Positions 44,333-56,192 of a stretch of DNA of 64,000 bases are shown here, piece by piece. The stretch comes from Enoplolaimus lenunculus (lineage: Eukaryota). Position numbers and translations under genes: made by a program. The DNA lies in NCBI GenBank assembly GCA_030248215.1, contig JASANG010003984.1, positions 496,001-560,000 of the forward strand, in the 5' to 3' direction. Under the pieces are notes generated by a model. That model worked only from the letters and a program-made list of their open reading frames with translations. It was not told the origin of the DNA and did no database searches. The number at the start of each line of letters is the position of its first letter. Position 1 is the stretch's first letter.

Positions 44333-44675
44333 CAGGGTACAACCGGGGGTTTGCATCCGGCTCCTTTAGAAAATTGTCCGCCGGCTCCGGTAGAATGTTT
44401 GCCGGAGGTTCCGGCAATTTCGGTAGTAAAATTTTGCATAATTTCATAAAATTTATGTTTAGCGCATTTCGTTTTACTTTTGTGCAATCTTCTGGAAAGA
44501 ATTTCTGAAATTTCGCTGAAAATACCGTAAAACCAAACAACTTAACAACATATTGCAGATATTGGATAAAATTAATTAACCACCATTTTTTCTACCCTAT
44601 CTCGCCTCAAACTCCGGCTCCGGTAAGTTTCGTTGACCTCTGGCTCCGGTATTTTTTACCTCCGGTTGCACCCTG
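44333..44675. mobile_element. hAT-like MITE (CAGGG family); inverted partial copy from 53414
   Basis: CAGGGTACAACCGG ... CCGGTTGCACCCTG; perfect 8-bp TSD CTGTTTAA. Confidence 0.9.
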
Positions 44676-45418
44676 CTGTTTAAGGCTATTAACGTCTGAG
44701 ATACAAGACATATATGTCTTAAAAAATTTAAGAAAGTAGGAATCCTCAAATTTTAAGACAATTTATTTTGTATGTACAACCGGAACTCCGATTCCGATTA
44801 AAATTCTGATTCAAATCGAGCTACGATTCCGATTGCACAATCAATCGGAATTTGAATTTGGAAATTTTAATTTTAATCCTATTTGTTGTGATACGTCGCA
44901 TATAAATTCTGTATCTTGAGTTAACTTATACATAATTGATTGTATTAGCTCCACACAACCAGAAATCATCGCCAATTTGTTCATGCGGTGTTTTTCAAAA
45001 TTGCTACCAATCCCAGGTTTCTGTTGGGTCTATAAAAGATTAGGTTTAGATTCTATATTACATCTTTTTTGCTTAGGCAACTCAATTTTGCAACGCTGAG
45101 GCCTAGGCTTAGGTTTTGGAATACGCTTAATCTATTGTTACGCCCGTCAAAGTAACATTGGCCTTCTGTCCTATGGGAAGGGACACGTTACGTTTACAAT
45201 CATTGATGACTGCTATGACTGCTATATAAAATAGCCTTACAACCGTAATACGCCAATATATAGAGATTTTGCACTGCGCATACGCAAAGCAACAACAAAA
45301 TTGCACATTATAATTTGTTGTATGAAACTTGCACTTTATCTGCTCATACATAGTCTTTGAGGAATATGAATAATAAATCAACACTTTTAACGAAGTACAC
45401 TTTACAGATAGTTGTTAA

Positions 45419-45681
45419 CCCTTTCTCACATGAATATTTTCTATTTCCCTTGAGACCTACTTTTATGCTAGGATTCGAACTCCGGTGACTGGAGTGGGAG
45501 GCGTATACCATCACCACTCAGCTATAGGAGCTTGACGCTCGAGCCCGAGGGGGCTCTCACGTCTTGTGGTGATTTAGTACTATGTATACGTGTTGCAATT
45601 GTTAAACACGGTGCGATATATATTACTTAACGTATATACACTGCGCTAAGTTGCCTATATGCAACTCAATGTGAGAAGGGG
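45419..45681. mobile_element. piggyBac-like MITE (TTAA target) with internal tRNA-like cassette
   Basis: TTAA|CCCTTTCTCACAT ... ATGTGAGAAGGGG|TTAA; near-identical copy at ~63043-63309 and a diverged copy at ~39255-39447. Confidence 0.85.
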
Positions 45682-47719
45682 TTAAAATTGGCTAATTGAA
45701 CAGTGCTAACCACCTAAGTTTGCTTCATCTCCGGCTCCGGCAATTTTGCTGACCTCAGGCAGAATTTAAATCCGGTTGCACCTTATACACTTACACTGTC
45801 ATTACAATGACCAACCTTGCTTTTACGGCGGTAACGGTAGATTGCATATTCCTAAGCCGAAAAGTGCTGAAAAAAGTCCAAATCCTATATGGTTAAGCAA
45901 AATCTAAACATAAAAATGTACATTTTTGAAGTCTCCGCCGCTGATTTAAACTAAACCCTAGTGCACGTAAACTTAAAATAAATCTAGTAGCCACAGCCGC
46001 ATTCAAATATAGACTCACCCAAAATAATTTGTTTGTGGTGCATGCAACGAAACACGGTCAACTAAAAAAGTACAAATTTACTCAATAAATTAAATATATA
46101 AAGCCTAATGGAAACACTACACCGACACAAAAATATCACGACGTAACTGGAAATCCACATCCGGCCACAGTTGCGGTAGCATTTTTGCCGGAAACTTCGG
46201 CGGCCAACTCGATCATGAAATTTTTCGTATTTTCATATTAACTGTTGTGGTGGTTTAGGTTTACAGACTGTTTGTCGCTTTAATGCTATTTTAGAACCCT
46301 AAATTACAGAGGTTTCACAAAAAAGTTCCAAAACAGATTTCTGGCAACACTGCGCATATACATTATTCTTCAAATTAGAATACCAAATATGCTAAATTCA
46401 ATATTTTTCTTTCCGTAATTTCGTTTCGGTTCCGTTTTATCAGTACATTTAGCTACGACAAAGAAAAGTTGAAATTATAACCAAAGAATTTTCAAAGAGA
46501 GCCGTCACTGGCAAAGGCAGCTAAACTGTTTGTAGCCCGCATTTCCAGATCCGTCACTAGGGTACAACTGGAGGTCTATATCGGCGTCGAGCAAAAACTA
46601 ATCTTCCGTCTCGAACAGAATTTATCACTTATATACGCCACAGCTACTTCGGCCAATGTTACTTTAAGAGCGTTTACTATATATTTTAAGCATATTCCTA
46701 AGCCTAAAGCGTTAAAAAATAAACCTATGCCGATTCCTAATTCTGAGCAGAAAAAATGTACTCAAAAACCTTACTCATTCACACCGGATGCTATTTCAGT
46801 AACCACATTTTTTTGTACAAATTTCTACCTTTATGGCTGGCAATTATGAAAGCATAAACTCTGCAACTTTTTTAAAAAGGAAGCTTACGAACGATTCGTA
46901 TATTATATATACTCCTTGAAAATTACACATTGTTAAAATCTACAAATGTAATATTACTTTATGGCCTAGTTTACATTCATTTCCGGTTCCGGTTCAGGCA
47001 AAATTTGTTGACCTCCGGTTTCGGCTCCGATTTTTTCACCTCCGGTTGTGTCCTGCTTGTTAAAGTCGATTAAAATAGGCTAAAACTTAAACACCAAATA
47101 ATAAAACATTACGAAATTGCAAAGGTCTACACAAACACAGATAAAAGTGAATAAAACAGTATTTATTTGCATGTACTTTTACTATGTTTCACACACCGGA
47201 CGAAAACACCATATCTGCATTAAAGCTGGAATGTCCCGCATACGTATTTTGCATAACTTTTCAGCATTAGTTTGTTTGCAGTAATTTTTTAAAACAGAAA
47301 CGTGATTATTCTATAAAAAGAAACATTGCATGCAAATTGTTGTGCATTCACTAACTTTTGCGCATTGCCCAAAGACGGCTGACTAGTATAACATAAGTCA
47401 TCTAACCGTTTTACGTCTAAATATTTTCTATTTCATCTCAGGCCGAATATTATGATATATAGAATTTGAACATAGAAACATATGACGGTAAACCGTTTCG
47501 CGTTAAAGTACACTCCATGTGGGAAACGTTTACACTACCAAATTAGAAACTACGCTAAACGTAGCGTCCGTCTTCCGTTTGTTCTACGCAACGGGGCAAA
47601 CAAGAAAGCCGAAATGAAATTATATATACTGTAAAAACTATTTCGGTTACAAAAACATCCTAGAATTATTGTTACAATCACACTTCAAACCACACAGCCG
47701 CGTGTCGTTCGCAATAAAT

Positions 47720-49417
47720 TCATTCACTCAAAAGCGTTAAACTTTCGCCAACTTTCAGCCGAATCATTTTTCGCTTCAACGCTGGATATCGACTTAAAAC
47801 TTGTTCAAATTCGCGTATTGGCCCCAAAATTTTATCACAAGGCTCTCGATATACGTTGAACGGCCATGTACCCCAGTGCATCGGAATGAATTTTACCGGA
47901 TTCAACAGTTTCAACAGCGTCATCGACTGTTCTGCGTTGGAATGCATATATTCTTCGCCAAACACCGGATCAATCGGCAAAAGCATTAAATCAATTCTTG
48001 GAAACATCGCCGCAATTTGAGTGAACATCAGGCGGTTTCGATCTTCATGAACCGAGTCGTGGCCACTAGCATCAGGGTTAATATGAGCTGCAGTATCACC
48101 GGGATAATAGATCGTAAAATACTCATGCGTCAAACAATTATTATTTGAATCTGTCCCAATCGAAAACGTGTTGCAAGTTTCACCTATTGTATCAGTGGAT
48201 CCAGCTTGCTCAATGCCTACACTCCTCTCAGTTGATAAACTATCTTCCTGGTCCAAAAGATCAGGACATATCTTAAATCCATCAAGCGGTACTTGAATCA
48301 TCCACCCGTTCCACAATTCTCGCTGAGTGCTCCCAATAGCGTAACACGAGGAATGATGAGCAGGAGTCGCCGTAAGTCGCACTCCGTTTGCCAGTTTAAA
48401 CCAATCCCACCATTTGACGTCGATGATATCACCTACGACCGTACCGTGTTCGGAAGACAATAACTGGCTAATTGTCTCTTCTTCCACTTCTTTTGCACAC
48501 TTTTTCTCTGGCTTGCACTCCTGTAATCGTCGCACCATTCTATCTCGAGTAACACAATTATAACTCACTCCCATCGACTCTCCCACTACTCCCTCACTGT
48601 TGCTTTCATGATGTACTTTCTCACTGCTACACTCCTGTAATATTTTTTCACTATTACACTCCTGTAACATTTTTTCACTGGTGCAACCTTGTAATTGCAT
48701 CGCCATCCGACTACCAGTCCCATACGGCAACAAACATTGCGGTCGATGCTTGACGTAAATATGCTTGAACGACTCCAATTCAAAATGATCGACATGATTA
48801 TGAGTGACCACAACCGTGTCAATCGGTGGCAGTTGCTCAATCTCCAGTCCAGGAGGCGTCAACCGACTATACAACGGAATCTTTCCCAACCAGTTCAAAA
48901 ACGGAATTGGATCTAAAACCACATGCTGAACAAAATTCGGATCTGTAAGTATTGTTCGCCCTCGATTCGACACTACGAACGAAGCGTGGCCTAACCATTG
49001 GATGGCGAGAGGCGCCCGCAAATCGACCGGCACTGCATTTTCAACTAAAATCGGATTCGGTTCGACGTAGTCATAGCGACAGAATCCGCCTTTGTGCATA
49101 TCGTAGAGCGTTTGGGCAAAATTACGCCACGGAGCATAGTCAAACGCGTGATTTTTAAACTGTCCATTGCTCAATACAAACGGCTCAATGAGTTGCGTTG
49201 AGTTCAACAGCCGTTCGGTTAAACCTGTAACCGGTGATGTTGTTGTTGTTGTTGTTGTTGTTGGTGTTGTTGTTTTTGTTTTCGTTGCGACATACGCGAT
49301 CGGCTTAGTTCCACTTACTTTCTTGTCATTCAGCGTTTGATGTTCACTGAAACTATCCATCGAAACGTAACTGCCACATTCTACAATCCGATTCTGGCCA
49401 CCTTGTGACCTGTTCAT
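47720..49417 (-). CDS. Metallo-beta-lactamase-fold hydrolase, NAPE-PLD-like (copy 1), intronless, 565 aa
   Basis: Single ORF with WLGHASF, ILTDP, THNHVDH (HxHxDH), KWWD, TPAHH, LWNGW, YPGDT, DLMLLPI, MH and IPMHWGTW. Confidence 0.9.
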   Translation of the reverse strand: MNRSQGGQNRIVECGSYVSMDSFSEHQTLNDKKVSGTKPIAYVATKTKTTTPTTTTTTTTSPVTGLTERLLNSTQLIEPFVLSNGQFKNHAFDYAPWRNFAQTLYDMHKGGFCRYDYVEPNPILVENAVPVDLRAPLAIQWLGHASFVVSNRGRTILTDPNFVQHVVLDPIPFLNWLGKIPLYSRLTPPGLEIEQLPPIDTVVVTHNHVDHFELESFKHIYVKHRPQCLLPYGTGSRMAMQLQGCTSEKMLQECNSEKILQECSSEKVHHESNSEGVVGESMGVSYNCVTRDRMVRRLQECKPEKKCAKEVEEETISQLLSSEHGTVVGDIIDVKWWDWFKLANGVRLTATPAHHSSCYAIGSTQRELWNGWMIQVPLDGFKICPDLLDQEDSLSTERSVGIEQAGSTDTIGETCNTFSIGTDSNNNCLTHEYFTIYYPGDTAAHINPDASGHDSVHEDRNRLMFTQIAAMFPRIDLMLLPIDPVFGEEYMHSNAEQSMTLLKLLNPVKFIPMHWGTWPFNVYREPCDKILGPIREFEQVLSRYPALKRKMIRLKVGESLTLLSE

Positions 49418-49895
49418 ATTTTTCGTCGTTTAAATTTGCATACAAGAATAAACCATGCTAAGCATACATTATAGACACATTTTCAGCCGCAACAACGCAA
49501 CACAATAATAATTGAATTGCTGCAAATCTATCACGACAGAACTACGATTGTACGAAAATAATCATTACAAATAAAAATATAAATAAATGCAGTTAATCTG
49601 TAGAATAAAAAACAAAAACATATTTCTCAGTGGTGCCAGTATACGACGGAACGAAGGTACAATCCCAGAACACCCATTGTTTACTAAAATATTACAATGC
49701 TTTTTTCAATAGAACCTCACACAATAATTTCTTGGCTAACCACATCAATTACCATATACAAGCATTACTGGTACGGTTGCTAATCACAAAAACTATTTCA
49801 GTGATTAAACCGGAAACTGAATTGTACCGGATGTGGAATCAAAATAATCATATAAAGTAATCTGCCTGAAATATGCCATTTTCCTGTTCTGCTAA

Positions 49896-51575
49896 TCACC
49901 GAAGCCGAACATTTTGTCCAACAGTCAGCCTGCGATATTTCTGTTCGAACCAGCCTCGATTCCATCGGTTCCTCATAGTTCGTTCAAACTCTCTCACAGG
50001 CCCAAATACCTTATCTTCTCTTTTGAACTCATTGTACGGCCATGTGCCCCAGTGCATCGGTATAAACCTGTGTGGTTTCAGAAATTCAATTAAATCCAAT
50101 ACTTGATCGATGTTTGCGTGCATTCTCTCTTCGCCGCGTACTGGATCAATCGGAACCAGCATTAGATCAATAACCGGAAAACACTGTTTAATTCCGGTAA
50201 ACAAAGCTTTATTCGCAACAGCATCGCCCGGTTCATGCCCTGGTCTTTCTTGCCTTAAATGAGCTGCCGTATCCCCTGTATGAAAAATCACATATCGTTG
50301 TCCTGGCGTATTTGTCCTATGCCGTTCGCTTGTTTTAGAAGGCGAGTCTGGAAATACTGTTATTATCCACCCACACCATAGGCTTGAATTCAAATCAAAA
50401 TAGTTTGTCAGTGAAAAATGATGTGCCGGGACACACGTAAACCGTACTTTTGCCATTCCGAAATTTTCCATTTTTCCAGGTCCGAAATTACCACTAACGC
50501 CGTTGCAATCCTGATTGTGTTCAACAAAAAGCGACCAAAAATCCTACCAATCAGATTCGACTATATCGTTTGTCGTTTCGCTTTTTACTCCAAATTTACC
50601 AATCAGATCACATTTCATCCCAAGCGGACACAACACTTTCAGCCCGTGATATTGTTCTGTTAATCGTCGAATACTTACAGGATGACAATGATCCGGATGG
50701 TTATGCGTAATAAGTATAACAATAGTGGCACTCAAACTATCCTGATTTCTCAAGTTTTCTTTTTCCTCCAAATTTTGTTTTCCTTCCAAATTATCCTTCG
50801 TCTCCAACTTCTCCTTTGGCACTCCGGTTCCAATTTCAGCTGCTGTTGTTCCTTTCAAAAAATTACACTCCTGTCGTAAGAATTCGCCATAATCAAATCT
50901 AGCCGGAGTCATTCGATGATACAAAGTCAACAATTCTGTTTGAAAATACGGCAACTGAACCAGTGGAATGGTATCTTCAAAGCTTGGATCAATCAGAATA
51001 CTTACTCCGCGGCCAACGCGTATCAAAAACGTCGCATGACCCACCCATTTGAGCCATATACCTTCAGTATCACTCGGTGTGCTCCTGTTCACACTACGAT
51101 TCAAATACGCACTCCTGTAATGTGAAGCCGCTCCTGTTTCATCAAGTTCTCGTCTATTCATTATGCAAGATTCACTTTTGATACACTCCGGCAGTCCTGA
51201 TTGCAACTTGAGCATCTTTTCAGATGTATCAGTACTACTTCCACTAACAAGACTCCTTTTCATCACGTACTCTTTGTCTTTAGCAACGTTCTCCTGTGCA
51301 ACATCATCAATCCAAACTACTCCGTTTAATAGTCCCGACGTGGGATCGAACCGGTTTCCAGGATCGTCCGGCGTAAAATCAAACAAAATACCTTTGCGCC
51401 ACGCGTTCCACACCAAATCGAGTGTTAACTCAATGTACGGATTTACCGCATTACCATGGTTACGGTAACGGCCGTTGATACATACTGATGGCGGTAGTGT
51501 TGAACGAGTATTGCGCAAATTGCCCGCATAAGACAAAACACACGGCATATATATTAATATCACCTGCTGGTACAT
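49896..51575 (-). pseudogene. NAPE-PLD-like MBL-fold hydrolase (copy 2); 559-codon frame with one in-frame TAG at 50544-50546 (pseudogene, recoded gene or sequence error)
   Basis: ORFs 50544..51575 and 49896..50471 are in the same frame, joined by 24 open codons (DFWSLFVEHNQDCNGVSGNFGPGK). Motifs WVGHATF, LIDP, THNHPDH, ESDW*D, VPAHH, LWCGW, HTGDT, DLMLVPI, IPMHWGTW are all intact. Confidence 0.8.
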
Positions 51576-53845
51576 TGCAACGACAACATCGAGCCAAATT
51601 TTATTTCGCCTGGTCTCAGCTTAATAAGACACCATCGTATGCCCGGATAAAGATCAGAGACGGAACGTTATTCCGTGGAACTGGAATAGAGTAAGCTTAA
51701 CCTTTAGACTAATTTTTTATTTAATTATACGCTTACGCGTAGGCTCAGGAATAAGCTCATTCTTACGCGTAGGTTTATGAATATGCTTATAAGTACTCTA
51801 CTGTTCCGCCCATGTTCTATACACTGGCCAGTAACACTATATGCGATATTCCTCCAGTCAAATTGCATTCATGCAAATGATTCAAGTCTGATTCGCTCAG
51901 CTTAGGATTATATTTAATTGCGATGCGATTTATAATACGGAACTGCGCTGCAAGTAACTGTAAACCGAAGTAGTAAACAGCTGAAGCCACGATTTGCAGA
52001 CCACCGTTTTAACCATTGAAACCGTACCAAACAGTCACCAATTGCAATCTCACAAAGTCTGATCGCCATGTAACACGGCTGTTGTAGAACTTGCCCCACA
52101 TGTCAAAATATTAACGCTTAGTCTTAGGCAAAGGTTTCTACAAACTCTTAGGCAAAGATTTCTACAAACTCTTAGGCATAGGTAAGAGTAAGCCATTTCC
52201 TAAACCTAAGCCCGAGCCTAAAAACGCAAATCTGGGTAAAGTGTACATCAGCCGAGCTGAAAACAGCCCAATATGCAAGTGCAAAATAAAGTAAATATTA
52301 TATTGCATAATTCAAAAGCTTCGAGGTTGTAGGTACAGTAGAACGTCAATGCGACAAACTTTGTTTTGAAGAAATATGCAGCGATAAAAAAATTTTGACA
52401 AACTTGGCTACAAAATTTCCTATGCGGTTGTGATATTTCGGACACGACCAGCAGCCTTATTACTCAACACCCACCGTTGCACCTAATTATATATACATTC
52501 CTTATAAATGCTATGCCCAAAATTAACCAGTCTGTTTACAAGTTAGCACAGCTATCAATGTCGACGACATTCTTAAACCATAAACACGCAATCAGGTGAC
52601 TACAATACGCCTCTTATCTCGGTGTAAAAACACCAGTTTTTGCAAGTTCCCATTCACTGCTTTAATATAATATATAAATAACGGAAATGCGCGAATGTGT
52701 ATACAAACACCGCAGAATTTAGCTTTAGTATACTAGAAGCCCGAGCGCTAGCAATGCTGGCACAGTTGCAATCCTATCCCCAAATTGATGCGATTAAAAA
52801 CAGTTAAGCCAGCAATTTTCCATGATCTCAGTTTAATGATGACCACCGGCATGTTCCCAAAGCAGGGTGTAGACGGATAATGACAAAATTGCGGAAACGG
52901 ATATTGAAGTATATATATTTCCAATACGTTTTATTTTTCTGCCAACACAATTGAGACGTAACACTGCTCATCAGGATTTCAGAAATTTCGGAAAAAATGG
53001 CTGATGCATCAAAATTTGTTGTAGCAGATCTGTAATGAAAAATTGCGACAAATTTGCGTAATTTATAACTAATTTTAAACGTAAAAATAAACGAATTTCC
53101 GGTATTTCTACATCGGAAACGGATACCGATTCTTACCGGAAACGGATATCCGGTCATATCCTGTCTCAAACTATTACAAGTGGCAAACAAACCAATCTGC
53201 AAAAAAGACAGCTTTCACCTTTGGCTGCGCCCACGCCTTAACATATTCTTTCAACGCCAATTTCCAATCAAAGTGTCAATTAGACAATTGAGGACACGAA
53301 GAATATCAACTCAAAGCAAACAAACACAACAATGTGCACAAATTTACTAATAAATATATAGAAGCTAACATTGGCGTAATCAGCACAGTGCATCATCAAC
53401 TTCCGGTTCCTGTCAGGGTGCAACCGGAGGTGAAAAATAACGGAGCCGGAGGTCAACGAAGCTTGCCGGGGCCGGAGGTAATGCTAAATTAGGTAGTAAA
53501 AATGATGGTTAATTAGCTAATTTTAGCCAATATCTGCAATATGTTGTTACGTTGTTTGATTTTACGCTAATTTTCTGGAAAATTTCGAAAATTCTTTCCA
53601 GAACAGATAAGTCAGTGACTTAAGTATTTACTTAACTAAATTAAGCCATACTTAAGTAAGCTTTCAGAAACTCAGCCAATTTCATTTTAACTACTTAATT
53701 TTCCTTTACTTACGCCTCCGCGGCATTTCTTATCTACGGTGTCACCATTCCATGCTTCAAAAACTAAGTGGTGATAGGTGCAAATAAATTTCAATAAAAT
53801 TAACATATCTGAAATGCGTCAAAACAACCTACTCAACACGATATT

Positions 53846-54165
53846 ATGCATCGTTCACAATAACAAATTTCACTTTGCCACCGAAAACATTAAAGGGTAG
53901 GGTTAACACGTGTCCATTTTCAAAATTCTCTTGCGTTAACCCTACCATAACGCAAAAATTGCGTTAACGCTACCCAAACGCGTGTTACAAGATGCCCTGT
54001 GACACGTATTAGGATAGGACTGTGCCATTTGCTAGGGTAGGGTTGACCGAATTTCAGCGTTAGGATAGGGTTAACGCAAGACAACTGAGAAAATTGACAC
54101 GTGTTAACCCTATCTTTTAATGTTTTCGGTGGAAAAATGACGTTTTTTTATTGTGAACGATGCAT
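53846..54165. mobile_element. Foldback element with long imperfect inverted arms
   Basis: ATGCATCGTTCACAATAA...CCACCGAAAACATTAAAGGGTAGGGTTAACACGTGTC mirrored by GACACGTGTTAACCCTATCTTTTAATGTTTTCGGTGG...TTATTGTGAACGATGCAT. Confidence 0.8.
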
Positions 54166-55065
54166 TTAAGTATAAAATAAATAAGAGCTCACGCCTACTT
54201 AAACCTAATAAACATAGTCAGAAACATCGCAAGTGTCTACTTATCAAGTTATGGTTACTCGAAAAGGGAAATGTTAAATCACGAATCTTAGCTGCGAATG
54301 AAATGACAACACATTTTTCTCAGTAACGTGTGAACGACATTATTACAAATGGGGGAACAAAATTATAATATACATTAGAAAACTATGAATATATATTACA
54401 TAAAAGTATTATAGCACCATTTTAGTACCATATGCAATCGGTAAAACGATACTCGTGCACACCAATGTGCCACCTGACCAGAATGACAAAATGTTAAAGC
54501 GAATCACAGATTCCGACCACCTTCGTAAGAAAGACATTAATTGGACGTTTTAATCAAGCTGGTTTCTATCTTTTCAAAAATTTGTGAACGTGCAAGGTTT
54601 GTTATTTAGTTTTCGGTACATCCGCAATTTAGTAGAATAAATAGATCTCAGCAAAACATTCATTGAATGCATACGTCGGTTCAGTCTTGTGGGCAAATTG
54701 ACTTGGCATTTGTCCGAACAAAACTCACTGTTATTAACACTAATAAAAGTAAACAAACCAGCTACGACAACAAATCAGACCATATTTCATCATTACCATA
54801 TTTCATCATTAACCTCCCTCTGTCAGTTCAATATCATGACTCGCATAATGTTCCTTTTACACTACGTTAAGCTCATTCATTTCGGAAATTCCGGATTCAA
54901 CGCTGCACACAAGGTCGCAGCCAGGGGGACTGGGGTTTAGTGTCAACGTGATTTGGGCGTTTTGTATATAAAGACAAGGTTTCAGTTTGCAATACAAGAA
55001 AGCACCCTTCGAAACTTTTACGCAACATACCCTCGTTCCAAAATCGTGACCCATGACCACTACTA

Positions 55066-56192
55066 TTATCCCTGTCCGCCAGCAGCAGGCATACTCGGTG
55101 ATTTCTCACGTCCATGACCAGATGGCGTCGTAGCAGACGCATGAGCTGCAACCGCCGCTGCTGCCGAACGCTGTTTATCAAATCTTCGTTCCATTTCTTC
55201 TAACACACGCGGTGTATATCGTACAACCAGCTTGACATTGCCACTTGCATTTTTCAACAATTCAACCGCTCGTTCATGATATTCGCCTTCAACGTTAACG
55301 CCATTCACCGAAATCAACTGATCCCCGCGTTTTAAGCCTCCGTGTGCATCTGCAGCGCCTCCTAAAATATTTATTTATTAAACATTAATAAACTTTCAAC
55401 CAATAATAGTGCAGTAAAAAAACAATCGGTTTAACGTTTGCATCTTGAAACGAGATTCAGTTTGCTTTTCAGTAACCTGTGTTGTTTTCGTTGTGCACTG
55501 AAACTGTGGTTAATTTTTGTGCCAATTCACTATCTATGAGCGATGACTGTTAAAACCTGAAATATTTTTATTGCTGAAAATTGGACGTAACTCTCATTTT
55601 GACATTACTCTTATATTAAAAATATTATTTATGAACAAAATTATATTTTTAGCAGTGTGACTTTTGATGTAAATGATACCCGACTCTGGAATTTTTGCTA
55701 TCCCGTCGCACAATAAAACAGCCTACCTGGAATAATCCGCGAAATATATATTGGTGATGCTTGTTCCCGGCCGCCCATTACGTTAAATCCAAGACCGTCG
55801 TCAGTTTTCGGCAACTCAACGACACGCGGATGCGCGTGTCCTTCAGATGCCGCAAAAGCGGCGACTGTTGCTTTCGCAGTTGCAGCTGCTCGAATTTCCG
55901 GCGGTGAATAAATTCCTCCAGAGTTGTTGCTGTTATTGCTTCCATCATCAATTTCAATCGTAGCATAAACATGTTCATAAACTTCCCTAACCGAATTGAA
56001 AAAATCTGACTGCAAAACTTGGCGCAGACGTTCAAATTTCAACGCCGCTGAAGGTGCAATTTGACCTGACTGCTCTAACGATTCGAGTAACTCAAGTGCC
56101 CGGATGACGTCACGTTCTAGGTTCAATGGTGGCGGTGGCGTCCTATGATGATGTTGATGATGTTCGGCATCGTGATGCGCTGCCACTGACAT
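55066..56192 (-). CDS. LIN7: LIN-7/Veli/MALS (L27 + PDZ polarity protein), 253 aa, 2 exons
   Basis: Exons 56192-55727 and 55361-55066; [106 protein letters not shown]. Confidence 0.96.

Noticed and set aside
50511..50547. 37-nt intron removing the TAG (TG|GTAG...AATCAG)
   Set aside because: It shifts the frame and loses the downstream catalytic motifs.
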